A stretch of DNA of 64,000 nt, taken from Amoebidium appalachense (Eukaryota > Protista > Ichthyosporea). The translations under genes were made by a program, and so were the position numbers. The stretch covers positions 7,264,830 through 7,328,829 of the forward strand of contig CAVNZM010000008.1 in the NCBI GenBank assembly GCA_963693365.1, in the 5' to 3' direction. The notes beneath the pieces are model-generated. The model saw nothing but the letters and a program-made list of their open reading frames with translations. It did not search any database and was not told the DNA's origin. Positions 1 through 13,624 of the stretch are shown here, one piece after another. Every line of letters begins with the position of its first letter. Positions within the stretch are counted from its first letter, which is position 1.

Positions 1-39
1 GGGGGGGGCGGGAATGGGGAGTAGGCAGACTTCATCGAC

Positions 40-1186
40 TTGTGACCAGGGACGATCAGTGGAGTTGTTTGTCATGACATGATATAGATTGCCCCCCCCC
101 CCCCCCCCCCCCCCCCATTCCTTCCCTTCTCCCCCCCTCCCCCCTCCCCCTCTTTTCCTTGGCCTATGCCGCCCCAACCCCCTTCCTCCCCCCCCCCCCC
201 TATGATATCCTCACACCCACCTGCATTGCCAACATCCCCAATGGAAACAAAAGACAGTACCCTAGTGCTACACGGCTGCAGTTCGAGACACTGCAAACAC
301 TTTTTTGGCCGGGTGGTCAAATCCTTAGCCTTCTCATCCCCGGCCATCGGATCCCCTGGAATATCTATTTGGGTTGTTTCGCACCATGCATAAGACCGTG
401 CTTTCTGTCAAGTTACTTGAAAAGCAGACCCTGCTAGTCCCCCCCCCCCCACCCCAAACAACCCCCCCCCCCCACACACACACATCCTTCCCCCCTTTCT
501 CTCTCAGGCAAAGGGGGGGGGGAATGATTTTTGGCGAGATAGCTAAGGTTTGATAGAAATCTGAATATGGGTTACCAACCAGGTTTGTGATATCCTTACC
601 CTCGCGCCACACACCATGCAACCCCCCCCCCCCCCCCCCCCAATTCCCCCTTGGATCCCGCATCACGACCCATCAAATAGCTAAGCCACTACCCCTCCCC
701 ACCCCTCCCCCCCCCTCCCTCCCCCCCCCCCCCCCCCCCCCCCCGCCGACCCCCCCTTCCCCTCTTCCCTTCCCGTGCCCTCAGCCTGCTTCCCAGCCCA
801 TCCCAGACAAAAAAGAACACCGATCATCACCGTGACCCTTCTCCCCCCTACTTCCCCCCCCCCCCCCCCCCCCCCCCCCCGGCCCCCAACTTTTTTGGAC
901 CCCAAAGAAATCAAAACCGTACTAAGTGACGACACTAAAAGAAAAAACAGACTCAGCCACAGCCACGGCAGTAACACCGATAGTCCCTCCCCAACCTGTC
1001 GCAAACCATTGAAGACGTTTGCATTATCACCCTCTAGTAGTTCAACCTCCCCTCCCCCGCCTTCCCCCCCCCCCTCCTGTCTTCCATGGCACATTACACC
1101 CCCCACACGTGCCACCTGGCCCCACCCTGCACAGCTGCTGACATCAGAGTGGTCATGGGGGGGGATTTTTTATTTTCCAAAGTTTT

Positions 1187-1217
<31 letters not shown>

Positions 1218-1421
1218 GGGGAGAGGGGGGGGGGGGGGGGGGAGACAGAGAGAGACAGAGAGACAGATAGAGAGACAGATGGTGGATGGAGGGGGGAGGG
1301 GGGGGGGGAGGAGGGGGAGGGGGGGACGGACCGGGGGACGGGAAGGGTCGAGAGGTGGGTCGATAAGTGATTGGTCATATGACTGTAGAAAGCCAAGGGC
1401 AGGTTGGTCCTTTTTCCATTT

Positions 1422-1425
<4 letters not shown>
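40..1425 (-). pseudogene. Highly decayed Ty3/gypsy-like pol remnant (RT connection, RNase H, integrase zinc finger), broken by G/C runs
   Basis: Motif-like peptides occur in gypsy order on the minus strand. KWKKDQPALGFLQSYDQSLIDPP (~1420-1355) resembles W..EQ..AF..LK..L..PP. HSDVSSCAGWGQV (~1150-1115) resembles TDAS..G.GAV. WLSYLMGRD lies at ~690 and WREGKD at ~605. HGLMHG...RWPGM plus KDLTTRPKKCLQC (~390-290) resembles the integrase H2C2 finger. Many frameshifts; judged by eye. Confidence 0.4.
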
Positions 1426-1488
<63 letters not shown>

Positions 1489-1558
1489 GTGTGTGTGTGT
1501 GTGTGTGTGAGTGTGTGTCTTTGTATGTGCGTGCGCGACACGGTGTGTGTATGTGTGA

Positions 1559-1645
<87 letters not shown>

Positions 1646-1719
1646 GGGGGCGCGCGTGCGCGCGAGCGTGCGTGTTTGTGTGTTTGTGTGTGTGTGTGTG
1701 TGTGTGTTTGTGTGTGTGT

Positions 1720-1770
<51 letters not shown>

Positions 1771-1782
1771 ATGTGGGCATGT

Positions 1783-1833
<51 letters not shown>

Positions 1834-1884
1834 CGTTGTGTTTGTAACACGATATGTGTGTGTGTGTGTGTTTGTGTGTTTTTT

Positions 1885-1927
<43 letters not shown>

Positions 1928-2146
1928 TGTGTGTGTGTGTGTGTATGCGCGCGCGCGCGCGTGTGTGTGTGTGTATGTATGTGTGTGTGTGTGTGTGTGT
2001 ATGTGTGCATGTGGTGTTTTTTTTCTTGTTTGTGTGTGTGTTTGCGTGTAGGTGGGTCGTTGTGTTTGTAACACGATATGTGTGTGTGTGTGTGTGTGTG
2101 TTTTTTTGTCTGTGTGTGTGTGTGTGTGTGTTTGTGTGTGTGTGGT

Positions 2147-2189
<43 letters not shown>

Positions 2190-2317
2190 CGTGTGTGTAT
2201 GTATGTGTGTGAGTGTGTGTGTGCATGTGTGCATGTGGTGTTTTTGTTCTTGTTTGTGTGTGTGTGTGTGTGTGTAGGTGGGTGGTTGTGTTTGTAACAC
2301 GATATGTGTGTGTGTGT

Positions 2318-2361
<44 letters not shown>

Positions 2362-2379
2362 ATGTGCACGTGTGCGTGC

Positions 2380-2418
<39 letters not shown>

Positions 2419-2434
2419 TGTGTGTGTGTGCCAC

Positions 2435-2504
<70 letters not shown>

Positions 2505-2589
2505 TGCATGTCTGTGTGTATGTCTGTTATTGTGTGTGTGTGTGGTTGTGTGTGTCTGTGTGTGTGTGCATATGTGCATGTGTGTGTGT

Positions 2590-2652
<63 letters not shown>

Positions 2653-2729
2653 GTGTGTGTGTGTGCCAGTGTGTGTGTTTGTGTGTGTGGTACACCGGTG
2701 GTGGTGGTGGTGGTGGTGGTGGTGGTGGT

Positions 2730-2760
<31 letters not shown>
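1421..2760. repeat. Compound (GT)n microsatellite block containing a ~225-bp higher-order repeat (about 3 copies)
   Basis: The unique tag GTTGTGTTTGTAACACGATATG recurs with GTAACACG at ~1844, ~2068 and ~2294. The same ordered sub-motifs (TTTTTTGTCTG, (GC)n, GTATGTATG, GCATGTGG, TTCTTGTTTG) lie between the tags. Confidence 0.9.
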
Positions 2761-2766
<6 letters not shown>

Positions 2767-3150
2767 GGTCTTGGGCTGTGGTGGGTGATGTTTTTTTTTT
2801 TTTAATTTAATTTAATATTTTTTTTTTTTGGGGGGGGGGGGGGGGGAGGGGAAGGAGGGGGGGGGGGGGGGGGGGATCACCCACTTTGCCGTCATTGCAC
2901 GCACCCCCAACTATCCAATCACCGATCCCCAACCCACAATTTTCTTAGCATGAATCGTGTTCTTTGTGAAAACATTTTTGAGTAACTGGAATGAGTCTGT
3001 CGGGCACGTGACCAAGCACCAATTATTTTTCTCCTTCTGGCATATATGGTGCTTGCATGCATATGTATTGGTGCATTCATGCGGCGCACACACCCACACA
3101 CATGGACACGAGCACCTCAAAGGAAGTAACTGCACATTGCTAAGCCTTAA

Positions 3151-3415
3151 ACCAACCTCCGTATCTACCATTTTAGACAAAATCGAGGATGATCCGATCG
3201 AGGATTTCGGATGGCCTCGTTGCGGCTCTTGAAATTCTCAAATCAATCAAGCGATCGAGGGCATGACGTCATTCTGACGTTTTTGTAAACAAATGACGTC
3301 ACATCCTCGATCGCCTGATATGTTCGAAAATTTCAATAGCCGCGTCAGAGCCATCCGAAATCCTCGATCGGATCATCCTCGATCGGGGCTTAAAATGGTA
3401 GACACGGACCTTGCT
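3151..3415. mobile_element. Foldback MITE flanked by TTAA (Kolobok- or piggyBac-type target site)
   Basis: Imperfect inverted arms of ~120 bp, e.g. TCCGTATCTACCATTTTA...ATCGAGGATGATCCGATCGAGGATTTCGGATGGC against its reverse complement at 3350-3408. TTAA sits at 3147-3150 and 3416-3419. The purine-start terminus fits Kolobok better than piggyBac. Confidence 0.8.
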
Positions 3416-3475
3416 TTAATGCCTCCCTACACAGTTTCTTCCCCGGGCAAACGAAAAAAAAAGAAAGAAAGAGGG

Positions 3476-3511
<36 letters not shown>

Positions 3512-3512
3512 T

Positions 3513-3608
3513 AACACCGTGGACTCGAACAAATCCAGACCGCCATTCCCGTTTTGGCAACAGTACCTATGAACAGCGTCCGCTTAGTTGTCTAATAGCG
3601 GTTGTTTG
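3513..3608 (-). pseudogene. Possible degenerate tRNA-derived sequence or SINE head
   Basis: The minus strand has a B-box-like GTTCGAGTCC inside a TGGA..TCCA stem, an AACAACCG/CGGTGTT acceptor-like pairing and a downstream T-run. No clean cloverleaf. Confidence 0.25.
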
Positions 3609-3896
3609 CCAACAGCGAATCATAGCTCAGCACAGGTACACATGGACCCCCCCCCCCCCTCCCCCCCCCCCCCCCCCACACACACACACGCACACATGAC
3701 AACACACCATATGGTGCGCTAAAGGGTGCTAGAGCACTGGGGCCACATAACGGCTGCAAGCTACGTTCTGACATCTAAGCACGTCACGTGATTTTACCAA
3801 ATGTATGTGATCATGGAAACTTTACAACAACCCCCCCCCACCACCACCACCACCACACACACACACCCTTGCCCCCGGGCGAGGCCTCCATTCGTC

Positions 3897-3928
<32 letters not shown>

Positions 3929-4133
3929 TTCATAGGCTAGTCCGGCTCAAGGCTACACAGAAAGAAACAACACCCACACAGGCATCACGCTCACACCTGC
4001 ATACACACATGTGCACGCGCATGCGGACGAGCACATGCACACTCACACATTGCTAAACACACTTCACGGACGCACACACACGTGTCACACACATGTGACC
4101 ACGTACACGCATGCATACACACACACACATTCA

Positions 4134-4177
<44 letters not shown>

Positions 4178-5617
4178 CCACCCACCCACCCACCCACACA
4201 CACAAGGAGCAATTAGTAAGGTCGTTGTATAGTTATAATACCGGCCTTTTCTCGAGGTCACAGCATGTGCCCCGTAATAGTACGTATTCGCAGTCGCACA
4301 CTGTAAGAGGGGAAATGAATCGTCAAAGGGCAGATACAAGTGCGTGTGTGCGTGTGTGTCAAAGAGGGAAGAAATCTAAACGAACAACTTAAACAACTTT
4401 CAGAACTCTCCTTCAGAATCCCGCTTTTCAAAATCTAATCCGTTTATATAAAAACCCCATCCTCCCCCCTCCCCCGAAGTTCCCCTCTTTGCCATATATG
4501 GGATGCACATTTCTCGGTAGCGTCACCGTGCCGAATACCATTCGTGTCATAAATATTATTCTTAGACTCGTATTAGTATACATGCATCAGTTGTGGTGCT
4601 ACCACTGTACCCTAATGGTTGCACTCACTGCGGCCCAAGAAGAGTCAGTACATGCGGTGCCACTGACTGAGTAAGCTAGTTTAAAATTAAGATAAAGAGC
4701 GCTATTCCCCCCCCCCCCCCCCCCCCCTCCCCCCCCCCGCCGCGCCGGAAAAAATTAATATACTTTGATTATAGACCCTACCAACCCGTGTGTCACCGTT
4801 TTACATAGTTACATGTATGTAAATATGGCTCGCTAATAAGAAAACTTGCTTATCATATCGGCGGAGTAACATCTAATATTAATTTTCTTTTTGGAAGAAT
4901 ATGAGTTTCTACTCTACCGAGCCCGGGAGGAGGGTCCGGGGAGAAGGGAGGCCGCGGGCTGGCGGGCCAGGGGGGAAGGGGGGGGGGGGGGGGAGATGGA
5001 GGGAAGGGGGAAGGGGGGGGGGAAATGGGAGGAGAGGGAGGATAGGAGGAGGGTGCGGCGGCGGGGCAAGGGGATTTTGGGGGGGGGGGGGGGGGGAGGG
5101 GGGGGAGGGGGAGGGGGGTCTTTACTTTCAATACGAAAGCATGTTCAAGTGGCAGATATCGGTTCATTTTTTTTGGCTCACTGACTGGCAAGCCGCAAGG
5201 TGTGCACGTGGCACTGCTTGGTGGGTCACACAATTGCAGGACGAATTGAACAGTTACTATTGATATCGGTTGTGTAGTATGTCACAATTTGGTCTCAGAA
5301 AGAGTTTGTGTGTGGGTTTTGGTTACGTAAGAGAAAAAAGAGTTCAATGTCTGCGGCAGAAGATACGACTCATGTTGTTTCTTTTCTAATTCAGGCTGGC
5401 TGCTACTAAAAATATAAAAATGATTGTAAAGGTGAACGAATTACTATTGGCCCGAATAGCTGGCCCGGGGCAGTAAATAAATCATTGGCTTGAAGTCCTC
5501 CAAAGAACATATGGAAGCGTTTGCTTCGTTACCAACCAACCAATAAAAAATCAATAATAAGCGAAGTTGAAGTAAGTCAACTCGCGCGCGTGCGCGCGCA
5601 TGTGTGTGCGTGTGCTT

Positions 5618-5686
<69 letters not shown>

Positions 5687-5709
5687 TGTGAGTGTGCGTT
5701 TGTGTGTGT

Positions 5710-8045
5710 GCAACAGGTCTAAAGAGAAAGAACGTACTACTTTGGCACATGTACACGGTGCCCAGACATGTCATGCGTTTTAATTATTAACTCGCCTATG
5801 CACACTTTTCAATAATAATGTGAGTGTGTGTGCAGATGTGTGTGCACTATGCACGTATCTGTGGATTTTGTGTTCGTGTGTTACGGGGTGTGTACATGTG
5901 TTTGCGTGTGTGGACCATGTGTATGTATGTGAAGGCCTTTGAGTGCGTGTTGAGTACGCTGTGTGTATGTGGATGTGTACACATGCGTCCGTGTGTCATA
6001 TTTACTAGACTGTATGTATTGATTGTTGCATGTTGTGTTCGTGTGCCATCACGGGGCTCAGTGCGCGCGCGCGCGCGGCGCGTGCGTGTGTGTGTGCGTG
6101 TGTGTGTGTTTGTGTGTGTGCATGTGCGTGTTTGTGTGCGTGTGTGCGTGTGTGTACATGTGTGTGTGTGTGCGTGTGTGCGTGTGCGAGGCTGTGTCCG
6201 TGCGTGCGCGGTGCGTGCGTGCACATATGCATGTGTGTCACACGGCCTGACTTCGGGGTCACGGCCATCTAGAAACACCCTTCGGGGTGTACATGTGTAC
6301 ATGTACATGTACAGCTGCAAAATGTGTGTGTTTGACTTTTATTTATTTATTTGCGCGTGTGCGCGCGTGCGTTTACATTATATATAGATATGATGGTGCA
6401 ATGCGTGCACTGAGTTCGAAAATCATCTGCCGAGCCATGGTGTACATATGTACGTAATCACATTGCAACATGTCAGTGATGTCACACGTGTGTACATGTA
6501 CACGTGCACACCGTGACGGCCTGGACAATTGGACATGTATCAGACCTACCTTTGTAGGGAGGCTCTCGGAGTGAGATCGGCCAATCAACACACCTCTTCG
6601 CACAGTATCTGGCTCATGCCAATGGTCATTGACATACGTGCATATGAAGAATTCACGGGCGATGAAGTTGATACTTGAAACGAGTTCCTCCTTGCTGAAA
6701 TTGCTTCTTTTATATTTATAGAATGCATATCAATGATAATAGTGTAAAGGACCACCACACACAGTTTAATAGCTTTTTTTTGTTGTGCATGCCTATGTGT
6801 GCGCGTGAGCGCGCGCATTGCCAGTCGGCACATTGGCATTTTTGGGCGTAGGACTGGAAATTGCCATATACAAACAGAAGACGTTTTGTCTCTATGGCCA
6901 TATGGATAAAAGCTAAAATGAATATTTCTTGTATTTGTACCGCTATTGTAACGTCGTTGCGTATCTAAATTTGTATTGTATTGGGTGGACACTGGAAGTC
7001 CTGTTGGCGTGCCGGCACCTCATTACAGCTCACATGCATGTCGATAATAAGAACTTACCTATACGGTGTACGTACGTATACGTGTACACACATGCATGCA
7101 TAATGTGCTTATATATATATGGATATGTGCACCCACCTCACGGCCCGCGCGCAGCCTCCGGGGTCCCCCGCCCTTAATAGAAAGTATACCCATAACAATT
7201 TCGTCGAGAACATGCGCCAGCCGAAGCTGAAAAATAGTTTTTTAAGGGGGAAATGAATTGTTGGCTTTTTATACGGTTTGTTTTGAAAAGCAACAGTACA
7301 CTGTTGTAAGTCAACAAAATTATTGTAATTGCTAGCCCTGGGACTTCCGAGTTCCGACTTACCGATGTTCAGGACGGATGAGGGGGGTCTATGCATAGAC
7401 TGCGATGATATGTGACCCGCGGGCCGCCGCGGGCCGCGGCGGCGAAAATGATTATATATTATTCTTACCATACGGTTTTTACTGTGTAGCAATATTAATT
7501 TTTATGAAAATTGTGTTTAACATTTTAAAAAAAAAAGTTATGGCTCCTGGTATGCAGTTGGTAGCAGTAAATGTACGAGGGAAGTAACGGAACTTCGAAA
7601 GTCGATGTCGCATCTTTCACGGCCCTCTGAAAAAACGATGTGTCTTTCCGTTGAATCCAGTCAAAAGAAGAAAAAAAATTGCCACGGAAAAACCGACACG
7701 CCCCACCAAAGGAGTGGGGGAGGATCAATGGTTATAGCGGTTGAAGGTTCCCCCTAGACTATCTAAGGATTCCCAATCTGAAGCCTGAGATTCTGAACCA
7801 AAATGTTTGACTCAGTTGAATCAAATTATGAACATTGCAGCGTGCAGTTCTCGTGTATAGAGATTCCTATTAGAATTTTCCCAAAATCTAGATTCTACGG
7901 ATGCATCAACAATTCCACCAGCAGGCTGGTGTACTGCAGGGTGTAGTCGTGAAACAGAAGCCAATCAAAGCGAGATTTCGCACTTCCAAGGACAATCCCC
8001 TACAACTTTCTTCGTGTCGTGGGGCGTGTCGCACATGCTTGAATT
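5710..8045. repeat. Unclassified long interspersed repeat 'family X', copy 1
   Basis: Colinear blocks are shared with 12630-21762: AGGTCTAAAGAGAA, TATCTGTGGATTTT, TGTGTTCGTGTGCCATCACGGGGCTCAGTG, TAGGGAGGCTCTCGGAGTGAGATCGGCCAATCAAC, AAAGGAGTGGGGGAGG, CCCAAAATCTA and AATCAAAGCGAGA..CCCCTACAACTTTC. Confidence 0.75.
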
Positions 8046-9170
8046 TGAGACGTTGCCAACGGTTTTGAGAAATTAAGGTCACCCGGGCCGGGCCTTTTGA
8101 GTGTATATTAGTACCGTACTTATCATTTGAACCCTGTGAATCAACGCTCGCAAATCAGTCTTGTGGTTTAAATATTTATAGATCTCTAGAGAATTTTCTA
8201 ATTTCTGAAATAAAAACAATAAAGTCATTATAAAAATTGTTTTTGTGAAAGAGGCGGCCACGCCCCAACGAAAATAGGTTTACGGAGTCATTCGCGAATG
8301 CCTTGTTTATTCTTCGCATTCCTTTTGATCAAGTGAATGTGACGCATTGTTCCATGGTATACAACGAACGGATTGTGACTATGTGACATACAACAGCGAG
8401 AACCTAAACAATTTCAAGAAAGAAAAGCGACATTAATTTTGTTTTTGTGTTGTCATTGTGGTGATGCGTGGATACATGCATATTTATTGTAGGCATGGGA
8501 TCCGAGTATGTGTAAATCCACGATTATCATCGCTATCAAGTTTGACCATAAACCCCATCGATATCTTCAGTCTAAAAGTTCTCTTCGCCTTTGAATGCGC
8601 ACGGATACGCAAGTAGACTAGACTATACACTCGAAGCCACGGCCATCTTGAACAGCACTCGCCTTTGTGTTATATGCTCAAACGTATGATATCGAAATAG
8701 CTGTGTGATTCCGAGGCGCACAAGTCTATAGCTATGGAAATTCCTAGTTTCGGTGTTGCACTTCAAAATGGCGTCGTGATGACACTCTATATTCTCTTAC
8801 CTTGACAGCCTAAGGCTCTGTATGCTACACAAAGCACATGGAGTCTCATACATAGAATTCACGCAAGGCGATCACAAACTTGCTACAGGCACCTGAATGA
8901 AGGCAGATTTTAGAAACCCACAAACAAAGTAGCACGACACCAGCCAACATAAGCCTACGTCTCCAAAGCTCGCAACTAATCCGATGCTGTTCCTTTTGAC
9001 CCTACAAAACTTCGTCATCAACGTGGGACACGCAAAAACTATTTTAGTAGATCATGATAGTGTGTTTGAAAACTCCTGACAACCTTTTCTGATTATATTT
9101 TCCGTACTGATTTAAGTGTTGAACATGCAAGTTTCCTGAAAGCTCGTGATGATTTCTCTGCGGATTGACC

Positions 9171-11734
9171 ATGCCCGCACACAGTGCAAAACAAAAGGTG
9201 CCAGAAACTCTAGCCGCTGATCATATGGATGCGGTGAACATCGTCCCCTCCAGCAGCAATGACGCTCTGCCAGCTGAGAATAATGTGTTGAGAAACACGC
9301 GTGTCCAACCCACTCAGTATGGCCTGCACACACAGTTGGTCACCCAGGAAAGACAGCCTGTGCCCCGAGTAAACCCCCAGAAACAACTGCAAGCGGCGAC
9401 TATAGAAATCTACAACGAAAAGCGAAAAGAACGGCTAAGGGTGTACCTCAGGCAGACCTTTTTCGCCCATTTTGTGGCACTGATTGTGGCCGCGGGGGTC
9501 GAGTTTTCCTTCCTGGCCCTCTGTGTGAACGTCACGACCAGGGCCCCCCACCATGTTATCGTCTACCAGGCCGACTCTGTCAAGGCCGCACAAATGCAAG
9601 TACTGTCTGCACTGGGGGGTGGTGCAAACAGTACCCAGCTGAACGAGGAGAGAGCAAACCTCAGCCGAGAGGTAGAAACCTTTCTCGATGTTATCCGTCG
9701 AGAGAATGGCTTTGGGGCGAAACTGTTCATGTACGAGATTATATACGGGTCGGCCGCCCTACTCATGACTTTGTTTGTTGCCGCAGTGGTGTACCACAAT
9801 AGGTCACACCCTGCTGTGCGCTCACGCGGCATTCTTTATCTGTGTATAATTTTCGTTTCGGCTTTTTTTTTGCGAGGCCGTGACGGTTTTTGTATCAGCA
9901 GCCACCCTTCTTCGTTTCGACGAGTTTCCGCTGACGGCAGACTACACACAGCCATACATCCTCGACCGTGAGTTGCACAAGTCGGCCACCTACATATTTG
10001 TGTCTTTCATTGTGATGATGTTTGCCGTGTCTCTGTTTCTTTCTGTGATCCTTATGCGGCAACATATGATAGCCGAGGTTTTCTCTTCACCCCGTGTTAT
10101 GGCCCGTCCAAGCACCACTAGGGGCCCGCTCATATTTTTGGCCATCACTACGATTCTGGGGCTCATCATCGGGGCCAGTGGGCACCTATGGTGGTATCTT
10201 TCATCGTGGTACCACCCAGACGACATATACATTGGCATCACCCCTGTTTTGGTGTACGGTTCTGTGTACGGCATGGCCTTCATGTACTTCATGTTCCGGG
10301 CACGGTTGGCCTCGCTCCAGTTTAACGACTTTTTCTGCAACTTCAGGTTCATTTTGGTGTGCGAGTCTGGGTTTGGGGTCCTCATCCTCTATTGCTACAT
10401 CAATCCTCATCACCTCATTTCAGGATCGGCTGGGTGGGCGTCCATTGTGCGGTCCATAGTCTCGCTTCAGCTTGTGGACACGTTTTTTACGCAAATGATA
10501 CAGGCGAGATGGGAGGTGGACAAGCTTCCAGAGGTGCAGGGTGTATCGTTTGTGACCGCACGAAGGCTTCTCAATTGGTCCCTGCAGCCTGCAGCTGCAC
10601 CACAGGTCATGATCACCCCAACAAGAAAACCCACGGTATGTTTAAGTGTTTGCTTGGTAACTGCAAGTCCTGTGCACACGCACAACAATGGACTCATGCC
10701 TGTCCAGTTTTGCTGTATATTATGATTTGACTAAGAGTGTCAGACCTACTACGAAGGTGCAGGTTTCAAGCTGCTGTCATTTCAGGTTATATTCCGTTTC
10801 TTCATCTCTCCGTGTTCAGGTGCACTTGCTTTCTGACCGCCGCCAGATTTTTGTTATGGTTCGTTTCGGCAACAAAGCCCCCCCAAACACACACACACAT
10901 ATTGAGGTCACACCTACGCTGATAACCAAGGGGACTTTCCACATCCGAGGCTGTCGAGTAGCGCTAAAACCGATTTGTCTGGGGTGAGGGCAAGGGACCC
11001 GTACTATCTGTGGTCTCTTGTAAATACCTAAGACTTGACTCTCTTATTCCGCCGTTTTGTGTGCCCTTACATATTTGTCCATTGAGCCCTCAAACTGCTT
11101 TGCATTGTTTCCCCCCCCACACCCACTCTCACAGCGCCACGCATACCCCCCCCCCCCCCCCCCCCCAGGCCCCCGCCAAACCTCCCCCCACCCTCCCCCC
11201 CCCCCCCCCAAAAAAAAAAAAAGAAAAAGAAAAAAGGGAGGGGGGGGGGGGGGGGGGAGGGGAGAAAAACAGCTACCCACTCCCTCCCTCTGCCGACCTG
11301 CTGTAGTTATTTCCAATGAAAAGCGGTGGCTGAGTGAGGAGGAGAGGAGCGGGGGGAAGGGGGGGAAGGGGGGGGGGGGGGGGGGGGGGGAGTCTGGCTG
11401 AACAGTGATTTCGGTATGTGAGAAATATGATTCAGAACACTCCACAGGAATTTTGCACTAAGAACCCCACCTGATTGGCTAACTGTCACATGTTTCACAG
11501 GGTTTGGTGACTCGGGGCCCCGGGACCACCAATACCACCTGCTGGACTATCCATGAATCCCCCCAATTTGGGCATGACCAATCAAACAACACGGTTGAGG
11601 CGAATTCGCTTACTACAGATGTGGCACCGGAACAAATTTTACAACTTGGGGCTATGGTTGCAGATGGTGGGGTCGATGTGGGTAACACAGAACCTGTGAA
11701 CGAATTAGGTATCCCCACAGGTTCCAACCAATAA
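9171..11734 (+). CDS. Multi-pass membrane protein, class C (7tm_3)-like GPCR without a large ectodomain, ~565 aa. Exons 9171-10635 and 11501-11734; one extra T in T9 at 9863-9871
   Basis: ORFs 9165-9971 and 9880-10725 join if T9 is read as T8 (SAFFCEAVTVF). About 8 hydrophobic segments. HNRSHPAVRSRG and LQFNDF resemble the class C ICL1 R..P.I/V and ICL3 FNE motifs. Donor ACG|GTATGT at 10636 and branch GCTAAC with acceptor TTTCACAG| at 11500 give an in-frame last exon. Confidence 0.7.
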
Positions 11735-12717
11735 CCAATAAGCATGAATGATGATTTAACTGACTCAAACAAAATATAATCCATCTCGCGCATGAATTTT
11801 ATTTAACTTTTAGAGAGCTAACTTCGTCGTTATGCCTGTCTTTTTCATAGTAAGGATTTGTTTTTTTCTTCCGAAGGTTTCCCCCTTTCTTTTTTGGGGG
11901 GGGGGGATCAATGGAGGGTGGGGTTTGAGCACTACGGTGAGTGGTGGTGGACCGGCTTGTGAGTGATCGGGTGAAGAACGGCTAGATATACCAACTAGTT
12001 AGCTTTTATGCTGTAAATTAATTGTAGTTGTAGATACTGTGTCAGTGCCTGAGCCGAATTCCCCGGACTGCGAGACTCCTAAACATCTTGTCTGGCATGA
12101 ATGTTACTACCGTTTTGAATTCTTACAGAAATGTGCCAATCATTTAGCACTACTAGTTGTCCTTGTATCATGCGCTACTTTCATAGTGCTGTCAATACAG
12201 TGCCAGCTGCCGACGGCAGGCGTGCACTCTTGTTGTGATCATGAATCTTGCCCCCCCCAATTTAACACCTACTTGTGCACACAAAACACGCGCACACGCG
12301 CTTGCCACGAAATTTCATGATGTACACAGGCACACACACATGCGCACGCACCGTGATGTACAAACACACACGAACACACACACACAAAGAGAGAGAGGGA
12401 GATATACACACATATTTGCACAGAGATATACATGTACACAAAACTTTGCCAGAAAAAAAGGAGGGCGGGTGATGGAAGGCACCATTCTTCGATCATCGTG
12501 CAAGCACGCCAACCATCCAGTCTGGTAAGTGACATGTCCCGGCGTGCCACTAGGCTTCTTTCACGCGTGTGCGTGTGTGTGCATGTGTGTGTGTGTTTGT
12601 GTGTGTGTGTGCGCGTGTGTGTGGGTGTTTGTGGGTGTAGGTCTAAAGAGAATAAACAGAAGCCTTTAACACACTGTCATTAAATGGACATACGGTACCC
12701 GGGCACGTGTCTTATTA

Positions 12718-12958
12718 GGGATATTGAATTTGAAATGGGGGGGGGGGGGGGGGGGGGGGAGGGGGTAGTAAATATCGACGTCGCCCCTGGTGGTACCCCC
12801 TCCCTCCCCTGAGGGGGGACCCAGCCCCTCCCGGGGGTGGGTGGGTCCTCTCCCCCCCTCCCCGAGGTAGCTGCAGGGGTGCGTGGTTCCCCCTCCCCCC
12901 CCCCCCCCCCTCCCCCTGCGGGGGGTGAAGGGACCCACCTGGCCGAGTGGGGTGGTGG

Positions 12959-12991
<33 letters not shown>

Positions 12992-13538
12992 GCACACACA
13001 CCCACCCACACACACACCCACTATGCGCGTGATCATGGCCTTAAAAAGTGTCTTTTCCACCCACCAAAGACGTTGAGTCGCTACTTTTTTTTTCCCCTCC
13101 CTTTTTCATTTTTTATTTTTATTGTTTATCATAATCATTATTATTATTATTAGCAATTGCCTACGCTGCCGTTTTGGCCACTGATACATATCCCTCTCCT
13201 CCCCCCCCCCCCCCCCCTCCCCCCCCCCCCCACACACATACACTCACGTGCACACACACACGCCGCACACACACGCACACACGCGCACACGCACACACAC
13301 ACACACAGCGCGCGCCACACTCGGGCGCGCGCACACGCCCTTACACGCATGCACGCGTACACACACACACGCGCAGGCACACACACACACACACAATCAC
13401 ACACACACACACACAGTCACACACACACACTCGCGCGCGCACGCCCGAACACGCACACGCACACAAACACACGCACACACGCACACACACACACACACGC
13501 GCGCGCGCACACACACAGTGTCACACACACACACACGC

Positions 13539-13624
<86 letters not shown>

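Noticed and set aside
775-2810. Long ORFs of CV/HT, ER/SL and poly-P/G here and throughout the window
   Set aside because: They are translations of dinucleotide repeats and homopolymers that simply lack stop codons.
6275-6290. ACACCC-TTCG-GGGTGT tetraloop hairpin
   Set aside because: A 6-bp stem in GT/CA-rich context, not seen in family X copy 2; chance is likely.
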